64,000 nucleotides of DNA from Flavobacteriales bacterium (GCA_947462725.1 CANHPZ010000001.1:3969-67968), one strand, 5' to 3'. Shown: positions 20,577-30,616, numbered from the stretch's first letter. The notes: generated by a model not told the origin, from the sequence alone. Program-made: numbers and translations.

Positions 20577-21716
20577 ATGCAGCGCATGTTGAAAATCGGT
20601 ATTGTTTGTTACCCAACTTATGGAGGAAGTGGAGTTGTGGCGACTGAATTGGGAAAGGCTCTCGCCGACCAAGGTCACGAGATACATTTCATAACCTATT
20701 CGCAACCTGTTCGACTCGGTGCAGCCCACAAGCGCATTCGCTATCATGAAGTGAACGTCAGCGATTATCCTCTTTTCTTCTATCCGCCTTATGAATCAGT
20801 GTTGGCCAGTAAAATGGTTGATGTGGTGAAATATGAGAACCTCGACCTGCTGCATGTGCACTACGCCATACCACACGCGTCTGCAGCCATCACGGCTAAA
20901 ATGGTTCTAGCGCAAGAAGGCATTTATCTTCCGGTTATTACAACGTTGCACGGCACCGACATTACATTGCTTGGAAAAGACGCCTCATTCGAACCCGTTA
21001 TTTCATTCGCCATCAATCAGAGTGACGCAGTATCTGCAGTTTCGCAAAGTCTGAAGAACGACACCTACAAATTGTTTGGTATCAATCAAGAAATTGAAGT
21101 GATTCCAAACTTCCTCAATGCCGAGCATCAAACAGCACCAAGCTCTAACGAATTAAGAAGCGAGTATGCTCTGCCCGAAGAAAAAGTAATCGTGCATATG
21201 TCGAATTTCCGCCCGGTCAAACGCATCATTGATGTCATTGAGATTTTTGAACGCGTGCATCACGCTATTCCATCGAAACTCATTCTCCTCGGTGATGGCC
21301 CTGAGCGTACTCGTGCAGAGCAGAAATGCAGAGAACTTGGCATCAATGACCTGGTTACCTTTGTCGGCAACTTAAAACAGCCTCAAGAGCTATTGGGTAT
21401 CGGCGACCTGTTTATGCTTCCATCGGAATCAGAAAGTTTCGGCTTGGCCGCACTGGAAGCCATGGCAGCAGGCCTGCCCGTCATTTCAACAAACACGGGA
21501 GGCTTACCCGAAGTCAATCGCCATGGCGTAACAGGCATGATGAGCGATGTCGGCGACGTGGAAGACATGGCTAAGAATTGCATCTATTTGTTGAGCGATG
21601 AAAAACGCCTGATCAAGTTTAAAGACCAAGCGCGCAAGCGTGCCGAAGATTTCTCTTTGGAGAAAATTCTGCCCCTCTATGAAAAACTATATCAAACCGT
21701 GTTAGAGCGTGTATGA
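20577..21716 (+). CDS. bshA: N-acetyl-alpha-D-glucosaminyl L-malate synthase (GT4)
   Basis: KIGIVCYPTYGGSGVVATELG, HVHYAIPHA, TTLHGTD, SNFRPVKR, ESFGLAALEAMA. Confidence 0.92.
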   Translation: MQRMLKIGIVCYPTYGGSGVVATELGKALADQGHEIHFITYSQPVRLGAAHKRIRYHEVNVSDYPLFFYPPYESVLASKMVDVVKYENLDLLHVHYAIPHASAAITAKMVLAQEGIYLPVITTLHGTDITLLGKDASFEPVISFAINQSDAVSAVSQSLKNDTYKLFGINQEIEVIPNFLNAEHQTAPSSNELRSEYALPEEKVIVHMSNFRPVKRIIDVIEIFERVHHAIPSKLILLGDGPERTRAEQKCRELGINDLVTFVGNLKQPQELLGIGDLFMLPSESESFGLAALEAMAAGLPVISTNTGGLPEVNRHGVTGMMSDVGDVEDMAKNCIYLLSDEKRLIKFKDQARKRAEDFSLEKILPLYEKLYQTVLERV

Positions 21717-22276
21717 ATCAAACCGAACCTAAATTCATTGGCAAGCGCATCCAAGTTTTGCGCACGAAAGAAGCAATCATCGTAGAAATTGCACAATCCA
21801 TAGAGCGCTGGCAAGAAGCATTGCTATTCGCATGGATCTTGGCTTGGACTTACTGTGGAGGTGTGTTTCTCTATTACGCGTTCAACACCACAAGTCAATC
21901 CGAACAACTCTTTTTCATCATATCAAGTTCGCTTTGGTTATTCTTCTTTGTGCGTATTTTAAAAGTACTGCTATGGCGCAAAATCGGCAAAGAGATTATC
22001 GTTATGGGCAAATCAGAGATGACTATTAAAAATGCATTCGGTCAGCGAGGTAAGAAGGAAATATTTCAATACAGCAACATCTTCAAGTTGGGATTGATTA
22101 AGCGCGACCCCGCTTCCTTCCTCGCATTTCTCGATGATAGCTTTTGGATTATAGGCGGAGAAAGAGTTGGATTCAGTAATTCAGGACAGAAAATTAGACT
22201 TGGAAAACAACTCTCCATCAAAGACGCGGAACTACTCATTCGCGTTATGGAAAGCGCCATCCGCGAATACAAGTAA
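21713..22276 (+). CDS. Hypothetical membrane protein (two TM helices)
   Basis: Two hydrophobic segments; 4-nt overlap with the bshA stop implies translational coupling. Confidence 0.75.
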   Translation: MNQTEPKFIGKRIQVLRTKEAIIVEIAQSIERWQEALLFAWILAWTYCGGVFLYYAFNTTSQSEQLFFIISSSLWLFFFVRILKVLLWRKIGKEIIVMGKSEMTIKNAFGQRGKKEIFQYSNIFKLGLIKRDPASFLAFLDDSFWIIGGERVGFSNSGQKIRLGKQLSIKDAELLIRVMESAIREYK

Positions 22277-22279
22277 CCA

Positions 22280-22708
22280 TCACAACATGCTTACAGCATA
22301 CTCAAGAGCCAGCTCGTAGCTATTGAGTCCAAAACCGCCAATGACTCCTGCGCAATGCGGAGCGGTGTAAGACACATGTCGAAATTCTTCACGAGCAAAA
22401 ATGTTACTTATATGAACTTCGATTACCGGGCTTTTAATGGCTGCAATTGCATCCCCCAATGCTACACTGGTATGTGTGTATCCTCCAGGATTAAAAATTA
22501 TCGCATCATGTGAAAATCCGACCTCATGCAGTTTGTTGATGAGCTCACCCTCAACGTTGCTTTGGTAGTATTCCAATCGAACATCGGCATACACTTTTGA
22601 GAGCATTAGGAAATAACTTTCGAAATCTTGTTGCCCATAAATCTCCTGCTCGCGTTTGCCGAGCAAATTCAGATTTGGTCCATTGAGGATGATGATTCGC
22701 TTGGACAT
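22280..22708 (-). CDS. aroQ: Type II 3-dehydroquinate dehydratase
   Basis: NGPNLNLLGKRE..IYG, QSNVEG, NPGGYTHTS, EVHISN..REEFRH. Confidence 0.96.
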   Translation of the reverse strand: MSKRIIILNGPNLNLLGKREQEIYGQQDFESYFLMLSKVYADVRLEYYQSNVEGELINKLHEVGFSHDAIIFNPGGYTHTSVALGDAIAAIKSPVIEVHISNIFAREEFRHVSYTAPHCAGVIGGFGLNSYELALEYAVSML

Positions 22709-22709
22709 A

Positions 22710-25439
22710 TCAATCGGGTTCTGCCAAAGTGGCTTGCTTCCAAGTTTCCTCAGTAATACTCTGACCGTTGCGGAAAAAATAAATGGCAGTCTTCGAAACT
22801 ACCTTCTTGTACTTATCGACCTTGTTGCCAATTTTCACCAAACGTTCGGTCACCATCTTATTACCCAACTTATACGAGTTCTCGGTAACACCCTGCTTGA
22901 GGTGTTCAGTGCCGGCAATTTGCTTGTATTCCTCTTCCTTGCGAGGTTCACCTGCCTCCTTGTCAAAAGCCTCCTTGCGTGCGTCATAACGCTCATTGGA
23001 AGATTTGTTTTCACGCTGCTTTTGCGCAAATTCCTCATCGCGCTTTTGACGCTCCACCTCCATCGCATTCTCGCGTGTCTTTAAATCCTTACCTTCCACA
23101 AAAGCCTCAGCGTCATCCTTGCGCTGATCGATTTTGAGTTGAGTATTGGTTATGCGCTGATCTGCAGCCTGGCGCTCATCGCGCGATTGAATGGAAACCT
23201 CCTTGCGTTTCACCTCGACCTGTGCCGCGTGCTGCTTCCTGCGCTGCTCTCCCGTATCTCCAACGCTCGTCTGCTTTTGACGACTAATTTCCGTCTTCAT
23301 TGCATTTTCAGCGCGGCTAGCATCACCCTTTCTTTCATAATCCTTCGCATTCTTATCCGCACGCTCAAACAACGCGTCATTCTTATCGATATTCACTATA
23401 CGGTAACGGTCCGACTGTGTCACTGACTCCTGCAATTCGCGTTGTTTGACTACTTTTTCCTGATTATCACGGATACGCATGTCCGCTCGTTTCTTCGCGT
23501 CAGCTTCCTCCTTTCCATTATCCTTTTTCCTGCGGTCATTATCTGCGATGGCGGCATCCTGAATGCTTGAACCTATATTGTACAATTCTGATTGCGTTTC
23601 AAATTGATCCTTTACGTGCTCACGATTGATTGATACTAAAACATCCGAATCCTTGTCCTTCTGATCAAAGAAGGCCACAAAATCCTGAATTTGTTGTTCC
23701 ATTACGCGCCTCTTGTTGGCGTATTCCTTTGCGGCGGCTTCGCGGTAATATCGCTCCACCTGGTCTTCCGCTTCAACATCTACGTTACTGTCCCAGTTGC
23801 GTTTCTTTGCACGCAATTTAGCCTCGGCAGCCAACCGCGCTTCCTCCAATTCACGCTGCTTGCGCTCCGCATCCGAACGCTCCTGCTCAAGTAATTCTGC
23901 CAAGCGCTGATCTGCGAGCAATCGCTCTGCGTCTGCCGCTGCTGCAAGCGAATCGGCCATAGCCTTCGCAGCATTGGCCTCATTTTCCGACATCTGTGCC
24001 ATCAACAAGTCGATGGTCTCAATTTTCGACTTCGGGTATTGAGCATCAGCCTTTACAAGCAATGCAGCTTGATATCTCTCCTTGGCCTCTACTAATTTTT
24101 GCTCCGTAAAAAACCCATCAGCAACTACAATAATATCATTGTATTCTTTCTCGATGCGCTCACGCTCAGCGTTGGCAGCTGCATTGGCGTCATCCAATTC
24201 CCTCTGCGACTTGCGCTGTACAAGCAATGCTTCGAGTTCTATAACCTTGTCTTTGGGAAACTGCTCTGCCGGCTTCAGCTCCGAAGCAGCCTTGTAGTGC
24301 ATTATTGCTTGCTCAATCTTATCTTCATCAACACTGCGAGCGCCTAAGGCCAATTTATCTTGGTACTCCTTTTCTAATCGCATGCGATCTGCTTCATATG
24401 CAAGCATGTCCTTAAGCGCCGATTCGGCCTTTAAAATCTGATCTTTCGGATAACTTTCTGTTGGATATAGTTTCGAAGCTTCTTTGTATTTCTCAATGGA
24501 AACAGCATAATCCTTATTAGCAAACTTCTTATCTGCGTCTTCGATTATGGCGTTGTAGATGCCCCTGCTCTGTCCATCGGAAATGGCCAATTCAATCTTA
24601 TGAAGCATCTCCTTTTCGTAGGCCTGATTCTTCAAATCTTTGGCCTGTGTAAACTTGGTGCGGGCTTCTGTATATTTTTTCTGTTCAAAAAGCACATCAC
24701 CTTCCTCAATCAATTTCTTATAGCGCGCCTCCAGATCTTTATTGGCATTCTCTTCATCCAGCTTGGCCTGTGCATCCGCCAACTTTGCTTTTACAGCGGC
24801 ATCATCAGGAAAAATCCCCAGAGCGCCACGATAGTTGGTAATGGCATCTGCGTATTTCTTTTCCATCACCTTCTGATCGCCATCCTTCACAAACTTATCA
24901 AAGTCAGCCTTGAGCTTTGCCAAGTTCTTTTCGATATCATCCAAACGCTTAAACTCTGCGTCAATTTCCTTGGCCCTCTGCTCACTGTAGGCAAAATCAA
25001 AAGACAAACCATCCTCAGAAGGATTGTAACTAGCCTTGGCCAAAGGCTCACGAAGCAAATCAGTATTGAATCCTTGTCGGTATGGAAATAGTGTTCCATC
25101 CACATTCATATCAAATCCGCCGTAGCGATCTTCTTCCGGAATATTGCGGGTATCAATGCGGATAACTTTTGCCAAATACTCGCCGGTCTTGGAGAATTTA
25201 ATGTCGTAAGTAAATCCTAATGGTAATTTGAAATCATACTTACCCGTGGTGCCTGCATTATAAGAATCGAATACCATCCCATCCTTGAATACCTGCACCG
25301 TAACACCCTCTAATTTCTTCTTGGTCGTCTGATCTTTGAGTTGCCCAAAGACGTGGGCAATATCACCCTGCGCAAACATTTGCCCGCAGAATAACAAAGC
25401 AATAAACGATAGTACGTATTTCAGCGCACGATTATTCAT
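22710..25439 (-). CDS. Large secreted TPR/coiled-coil protein with an N-terminal carboxypeptidase-regulatory-like domain
   Basis: Signal peptide from MNNRALK; G.LKD..TKKKLEGVTV beta-domain; recurrent GD...KKY.EA...Y..A TPR-like units; long charged helical C-terminus. Confidence 0.7.
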   Translation of the reverse strand: MNNRALKYVLSFIALLFCGQMFAQGDIAHVFGQLKDQTTKKKLEGVTVQVFKDGMVFDSYNAGTTGKYDFKLPLGFTYDIKFSKTGEYLAKVIRIDTRNIPEEDRYGGFDMNVDGTLFPYRQGFNTDLLREPLAKASYNPSEDGLSFDFAYSEQRAKEIDAEFKRLDDIEKNLAKLKADFDKFVKDGDQKVMEKKYADAITNYRGALGIFPDDAAVKAKLADAQAKLDEENANKDLEARYKKLIEEGDVLFEQKKYTEARTKFTQAKDLKNQAYEKEMLHKIELAISDGQSRGIYNAIIEDADKKFANKDYAVSIEKYKEASKLYPTESYPKDQILKAESALKDMLAYEADRMRLEKEYQDKLALGARSVDEDKIEQAIMHYKAASELKPAEQFPKDKVIELEALLVQRKSQRELDDANAAANAERERIEKEYNDIIVVADGFFTEQKLVEAKERYQAALLVKADAQYPKSKIETIDLLMAQMSENEANAAKAMADSLAAAADAERLLADQRLAELLEQERSDAERKQRELEEARLAAEAKLRAKKRNWDSNVDVEAEDQVERYYREAAAKEYANKRRVMEQQIQDFVAFFDQKDKDSDVLVSINREHVKDQFETQSELYNIGSSIQDAAIADNDRRKKDNGKEEADAKKRADMRIRDNQEKVVKQRELQESVTQSDRYRIVNIDKNDALFERADKNAKDYERKGDASRAENAMKTEISRQKQTSVGDTGEQRRKQHAAQVEVKRKEVSIQSRDERQAADQRITNTQLKIDQRKDDAEAFVEGKDLKTRENAMEVERQKRDEEFAQKQRENKSSNERYDARKEAFDKEAGEPRKEEEYKQIAGTEHLKQGVTENSYKLGNKMVTERLVKIGNKVDKYKKVVSKTAIYFFRNGQSITEETWKQATLAEPD

Positions 25440-25531
25440 GATGTCACAAACTTTTCCTTGAACGTAAATGTAGCTCAATTTGTTATAATCCGATAGTTCA
25501 ATCTACAAATCTTTAGCTCACTGCATTTGTG

Positions 25532-27088
25532 TTATGCAAAAAGACTGGCCGCAATGCTCATGGCCACACGCTCGCCATCTATAGCCGCGCTGACAATACC
25601 ACCGGCATAACCAGCTCCCTCCGCACATGGGTAAAGGTTAGTCAATTCCACATGATTCAAGCGTTCCGCATCACGAGGGATGCGCACCGGCGACGAAGTG
25701 CGACTCTCCGGAGCAACGATCATGGCCTCTTCCGACAAATAGCCCCTCATCTTCTTTCCAAACGCTTTGAATCCTTCGCGCAAATGAAAAGCAACGTGTT
25801 CTGGCAAGAGTTTATTGATGTCGCATGACTCGACTCCCGGTTGATATGACGTTCGTCCGATAGAAGCCGATTTACGCTGAGCAACAAAATCCGTGAGCCG
25901 CTGAGCAGGAGCTATCTGGGTTGAGCCTCCGGCAAGCCAACAAGCCTGCTCTACTGATTTTTGATAATGCAAGCCGGCAAGCGGCCCGTATTGCTGAAAA
26001 CCTCCCATTTGTTGCCAATGAATTGGAACAACAATACCGCTATTCGCCCAGGGATTATTGCGCTTACTGGGCGACCATCCGTTGGTCACGATTTCGTTCT
26101 GCGCAGTAGCGCATGGTGCGATAATTCCACCCGGACACATACAAAATGAATAAACCCCAACTTCACCAACCTGATGCACCAAACTATAACTGGCAGCCGG
26201 AAGAGTGTCTGGCCTGACACTGCAGTGATATTGCAATGAATCAACCAACGATTGGGGATGCTCCGCCCTTACACCCAAAGCAAATGGCTTGAATTCAATG
26301 GCTATTTGCTTTTTGTATAATAATTCGAAAATATCACGAGCGCTATGTCCTGTGGCTAAAATATAAGCATCACCTTTTACCACCCGACCGTCAGCAAGCC
26401 TAACAGCTTCAATAGTATTGCCGTTCAATTGAAAATCAACAACACGACTTTGAAAATGAACCTCACCTCCTGATTCGATAACTTGCATGCGCATAGCCGC
26501 TATAATCTTAGGCAATTTATTGGTGCCTATATGAGGATGCGCATCAATTAATATTTCGTTTGAAGCCCCAAACTGGACTAATGTTTCGAGTATAGAGCGC
26601 ACATCACCTCGCTTGGTGCTGCGCGTATAGAGCTTACCATCAGAATACGTTCCTGCACCGCCTTCTCCAAAGCAATAATTAGAATCTTCATTCACCAAGT
26701 GCTCCTTATGAATAGCGGCCAAATCTCTTCGGCGCTGCTGAACGTCCTTTCCTCGCTCGAGTACAATTGGCTTAATTCCTTGCTCGATGCACTGAAGCGC
26801 CGCAAACAATCCGGCTGGTCCGGCACCAACAATAACAACACGCTTGTTATCACCAACAGCCGGAAACACACGAATTTCTATTTCCGGTGGAATTTCCTCT
26901 CCGAGAGCATATACGCGAATCTTATAATTCCATTTTATAGATCTGCCTCGCGCATCTATAGAACGACGAATAACACGATATGCTCCAAATCTAAAACCCG
27001 CATCCAGCATTGCTTTCAGCTTAATTTCAATCACTGAAACTTTCTCTGCCTCCGCCAAAGTCAACGATAGTTCTTTATCTATTGCCAT
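25532..27088 (-). CDS. NAD(P)/FAD-dependent oxidoreductase (uncharacterised FAD dehydrogenase family)
   Basis: VVIVGAGPAGLFAA, FGEGGAGTYSDGKL, HPHIGT, SFCMCPGG, EGAGYAGGIVSAA. Confidence 0.9.
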   Translation of the reverse strand: MAIDKELSLTLAEAEKVSVIEIKLKAMLDAGFRFGAYRVIRRSIDARGRSIKWNYKIRVYALGEEIPPEIEIRVFPAVGDNKRVVIVGAGPAGLFAALQCIEQGIKPIVLERGKDVQQRRRDLAAIHKEHLVNEDSNYCFGEGGAGTYSDGKLYTRSTKRGDVRSILETLVQFGASNEILIDAHPHIGTNKLPKIIAAMRMQVIESGGEVHFQSRVVDFQLNGNTIEAVRLADGRVVKGDAYILATGHSARDIFELLYKKQIAIEFKPFALGVRAEHPQSLVDSLQYHCSVRPDTLPAASYSLVHQVGEVGVYSFCMCPGGIIAPCATAQNEIVTNGWSPSKRNNPWANSGIVVPIHWQQMGGFQQYGPLAGLHYQKSVEQACWLAGGSTQIAPAQRLTDFVAQRKSASIGRTSYQPGVESCDINKLLPEHVAFHLREGFKAFGKKMRGYLSEEAMIVAPESRTSSPVRIPRDAERLNHVELTNLYPCAEGAGYAGGIVSAAIDGERVAMSIAASLFA

Positions 27089-27135
27089 AATTTATTGTTG
27101 GTCTATTCAACCAAAAAACGAAACAACACGCTAGG

Positions 27136-27160
27136 AAAAAGGCCCGAAATCGGGCCTTTT
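27136..27160 (-). terminator. Intrinsic terminator after the histone-like gene
   Basis: AAAAGGCCCGA-AA-TCGGGCCTTTT inverted repeat 11 nt after the stop. Confidence 0.85.
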
Positions 27161-27171
27161 ATTATTGAAAA

Positions 27172-27891
27172 CTATTTTAAATATTCTGCCTTCGGCTTTG
27201 CCCCCTCAAACCAAGTGGGCAACCCCCATAAACCGGAACGCATCTTATTACCCTTTGCATCCTGAGTCAATACAGAGAGCTCTTTGCGCGCCTTCATATT
27301 GGCTAGGATTACTGAAATATACTTACCCAAATCAGAGCGTGATTTGCCAGGATATAAGCCAGTCAGTTTATCTGTAATTACTGAGTTGGTGGTAAAACGA
27401 CCGCCCTTAGCAACTAGCTCCTGAATTTTTTCTGCTAGATTCGGTATGCGATTGCGCTTAACTGAAGAATCCTCTTTCGCGGCTTTGGCAGGCTTAGCCG
27501 CGCGCTTTGGCTTAACCACCTTAACCGGCTTTGCCGAAACCTTCGCCTTAATCTTAACCGCCTTAACAGCAGGCGCCTTAACAACCGCAGGCTTCGCCTC
27601 AGGCTTATTCATTTTTTCCATTTTCACTTCGGCCATTTTCGCAGCGGAAGGCTTTGGACCCGGCTTCTTTGCTCCAGGTTTATTCTTTGCTCCCGGGGGA
27701 CGACCTCTCTTGCCTGTCTTCACCTTTACTTCAGCACCAAGCATTTGATCCAATGTCGGAATCTTGGCTTTCCTTCCCCGAACAGAGCCGGCGCTTGTCA
27801 ATATTCGATAAGCCTCTGAAAGAGCATTATATTCTTTGTGAATTGAATCCATCCGCTTGCGGATTTGCTCTAAATAAATTGCTTTAGCCAT
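27172..27891 (-). CDS. Basic Lys/Ala/Pro-rich putative DNA-binding protein (AT-hook, H1-like tract, C-terminal winged-helix-like domain)
   Basis: KRGRPP at aa 61-66; PGAKK/PAVK/AAKPAKAAK repeats; globular C-terminus ending GLWGLPTWF. Confidence 0.7.
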   Translation of the reverse strand: MAKAIYLEQIRKRMDSIHKEYNALSEAYRILTSAGSVRGRKAKIPTLDQMLGAEVKVKTGKRGRPPGAKNKPGAKKPGPKPSAAKMAEVKMEKMNKPEAKPAVVKAPAVKAVKIKAKVSAKPVKVVKPKRAAKPAKAAKEDSSVKRNRIPNLAEKIQELVAKGGRFTTNSVITDKLTGLYPGKSRSDLGKYISVILANMKARKELSVLTQDAKGNKMRSGLWGLPTWFEGAKPKAEYLK

Positions 27892-27912
27892 ATGGAATTA
27901 AATAATTGAAGG

Positions 27913-27920
27913 CAAATGTA
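27913..27920 (-). promoter_or_regulatory. -7 promoter element TACATTTG for the histone-like gene
   Basis: Exact TAnnTTTG match 21 nt upstream of the ATG in an AT-rich divergent intergenic region. Confidence 0.65.
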
Positions 27921-28119
27921 TAACGACATCATTTAATTCAAGAATAAAACTGATAGTAATCATTTAAAAAAAAGCAATTCAAGGGCGTGTTTATTATCTT
28001 ACATCATATCAAACACCAAAAATATAAGAGTTAACGAATCAATTCCTACCTCAAGTTTATGTTCGGTTTTGTTGCTGCTTTGAACGCAAAACATCTAATT
28101 TCACACCCAAAATAGATGT

Positions 28120-30135
28120 ATGCCTACACTGCGCAAACCTGTAATCAAATTCAATAAGAACCACGGACTTCAAACTGAGGAATTGCTCAAAATATATAGG
28201 GCGATCTTATTGCCACGTTTGATTGAAGAAAAGATGCTTAGCCAACTCAGGCTTGGTAAAATCTCCAAGTGGTTCAGCAGCTTCGGTCAAGAAGCAATAT
28301 CTGTGGGCGTGGCGCTAGCCATGGACAAGGACGAATATATCCTGCCCATGCACCGCAATCTTGGCATTTTCACTGGACGTGACTTGCCTCTCGACCAACT
28401 TTTCATGCAATTCCAAGGCAAGGAGAGAGGATTCACGAAAGGACGCGACCGCTCTTTCCATTTCGGCACTCAAGCGCACAAAGTTGTAGGAATGATTTCG
28501 CACTTGGGCCCTCAGCTTGGCATAGCTGATGGAATAGCCCTCGCTAATAAACTTGGCAACAAACAAAAGGCGACCATAGTTTTTTGTGGAGATGGAGGAG
28601 CAAGTGAAGGCGACTTTCATGAAGCTTTGAATGTTGCAACTGTCTGGGATCTACCGGTAATTATAGCCATTGAAAACAATTCATGGGGACTTTCTACCCC
28701 AAGCCGCGAGCAGTTTCGTTGCAAACAATTCATCGATAAAGCCATTGGATATGGAATGCCGAGTGAAGACGCAATTCAGGTTGATGGCAATAATATCTTG
28801 GAAGTATATAGTGCAGTCAAAAAAGCCGCCGAAAGTATTCGCCAGCGCCCGAGACCCATTCTTATGGAATTCATGACCTTCCGACTACGTGGCCATGAAG
28901 AAGCCAGCGGAACTAAATATTATCCGGAAGGACTCATATCTGAATGGGAAAAGAAAGACCCTGTAGACAACTATGAGGCTTGGCTTTTTGAGCGGGGCGT
29001 TATTTCGGAGGAAGAAGAAGGACAAATTCGCGCAGAGCTTAAACAGCAAATCAATGATGCCCTCAAGGTGGCATATGCGGAGCCCGACATTACACCAAAC
29101 ACAACAACCGAATTCCACGACGTGTATGCGCCATTTGCAAACTCAGCCATTGCTCCAAACTCAGCCGAAACTACTGATAAGCGTTTCATTGATGCCATTA
29201 GCGATGCCATGAGGCAGAGTATGCAACGCCACAAAAATCTCATACTGATGGGACAAGACATCGCTGATTATGGCGGTGTGTTCAAAGTAACTGAAGGATT
29301 TGTGGCTGAATTTGGAAAAGACCGGGTGCGAAATACCCCTCTATGTGAGTCTGCTATTGTAGGCACCGGGCTAGGCCTATCCATTAGCGGATGGAAAGCC
29401 ATGGTAGAAATGCAATTCGCAGATTTCGCCACCTGTGGATTCAACCAAATCGTAAATAACCTTGCAAAACTTCACTACCGTTGGCAAGAACACGCTGATG
29501 TTGTTGTGCGCATGCCCACGGGCGCAGGTATGGCTGCCGGACCTTTTCATAGCCAAAGCAATGAAGCTTGGTTTGCCCACACTCCCGGTCTGAAGGTCGT
29601 ATATCCCGCTTTCCCTTACGATGCCAAAGGGCTGCTGTGTCAGGCCTTCGAAGACCCCAATCCAGTTGTCTTTTTTGAGCACAAAGGTCTTTATAGGAGT
29701 ATCAACGGAATGGTACCTGATGAGTACTATACGCTTCCATTCGGAGTCGCAAACACGCTAAAGACAGGTAATCAAATGAGCATCATCACCTACGGACTAG
29801 GCGTGCATTGGGCTTTGGATTATTTAAATGGACACCCGGAAATAAGCGCTGATTTAATTGATCTACGCACATTATTGCCACTAGACATGGAGACGGTGTA
29901 TGCGTCGGTAAAGAAAACAGGCCGTGCATTGGTATTACACGAAGACTCGCTCACCGGTGGAATTGGCGGCGAGATCGCAGCAAGAATTACAGAGGACTGT
30001 TTTGAGCATCTCGACGCACCCGTGGTGAGATGCGCAAGTCTCGACACCCCAATTCCATTCAATGCAGAACTAGAGAAGAACTTCCTAGCCAATCACTATC
30101 TCGATAGCAAAATTCAAAAGTTACTGAAGTATTAA
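28120..30135 (+). CDS. 2-oxoacid dehydrogenase E1, fused alpha/beta subunits (branched-chain type likely)
   Basis: GQEA, GDGGASEGDFHEALN TPP motif, RLRGH; beta half with GQDI..YGGVF, NTPLCE, EMQFADF, GPFHSQ. Confidence 0.92.
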   Translation: MPTLRKPVIKFNKNHGLQTEELLKIYRAILLPRLIEEKMLSQLRLGKISKWFSSFGQEAISVGVALAMDKDEYILPMHRNLGIFTGRDLPLDQLFMQFQGKERGFTKGRDRSFHFGTQAHKVVGMISHLGPQLGIADGIALANKLGNKQKATIVFCGDGGASEGDFHEALNVATVWDLPVIIAIENNSWGLSTPSREQFRCKQFIDKAIGYGMPSEDAIQVDGNNILEVYSAVKKAAESIRQRPRPILMEFMTFRLRGHEEASGTKYYPEGLISEWEKKDPVDNYEAWLFERGVISEEEEGQIRAELKQQINDALKVAYAEPDITPNTTTEFHDVYAPFANSAIAPNSAETTDKRFIDAISDAMRQSMQRHKNLILMGQDIADYGGVFKVTEGFVAEFGKDRVRNTPLCESAIVGTGLGLSISGWKAMVEMQFADFATCGFNQIVNNLAKLHYRWQEHADVVVRMPTGAGMAAGPFHSQSNEAWFAHTPGLKVVYPAFPYDAKGLLCQAFEDPNPVVFFEHKGLYRSINGMVPDEYYTLPFGVANTLKTGNQMSIITYGLGVHWALDYLNGHPEISADLIDLRTLLPLDMETVYASVKKTGRALVLHEDSLTGGIGGEIAARITEDCFEHLDAPVVRCASLDTPIPFNAELEKNFLANHYLDSKIQKLLKY

Positions 30136-30248
30136 GCCACGCTAATTTTTCTTTACGCTGAAGCGTTCTGTAGTTTACAAAAGTGTAACCCTGCATTCAC
30201 GCCTCGCCAATAGAACACCAACACTTTTGTCGGTGAGAAATTGGCCCA

Positions 30249-30560
30249 TTGGAAGAAAAATCCACATACTCTGCTCTAGCTAGCGAATTATCCCACATCA
30301 ATAGGGCATTGGGGCATCCGGCGCGCATCGCTTTGCTGATAGCAATTGCTCAACGTGGCGGAAGTGTTCAAAATGAAACACTGGCTTTGCCGCAACTTTC
30401 GCAAGCGACCATGATGCAACACTTGAGAGAATTAAAGCGAGCAGGCTTGATTCAAGGCCGCATATTCGGAGCGAAGTCCAATTATAAAATCGATATCGAC
30501 AAGCTCAAGACATATCACCTGAACCTCAACGACTTCATGCACCAGGCTCAGAAGGCTTAA
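30249..30560 (+). CDS. ArsR/SmtB family transcriptional regulator (no cysteines)
   Basis: ALGHPARIALL...LSQATMMQHLRELKRAGLIQG; TTG start. Confidence 0.8.
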   Translation: MEEKSTYSALASELSHINRALGHPARIALLIAIAQRGGSVQNETLALPQLSQATMMQHLRELKRAGLIQGRIFGAKSNYKIDIDKLKTYHLNLNDFMHQAQKA

Positions 30561-30616
30561 GAAACCGGTAAATCTGAATTAACACAGATTTCATGAATCG
30601 ACTGGAATTTTGCCTC

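Noticed and set aside
20577..21716. bshA outside Firmicutes as a novelty
   Set aside because: Bacillithiol-type genes are already known to be widespread in Bacteroidota.
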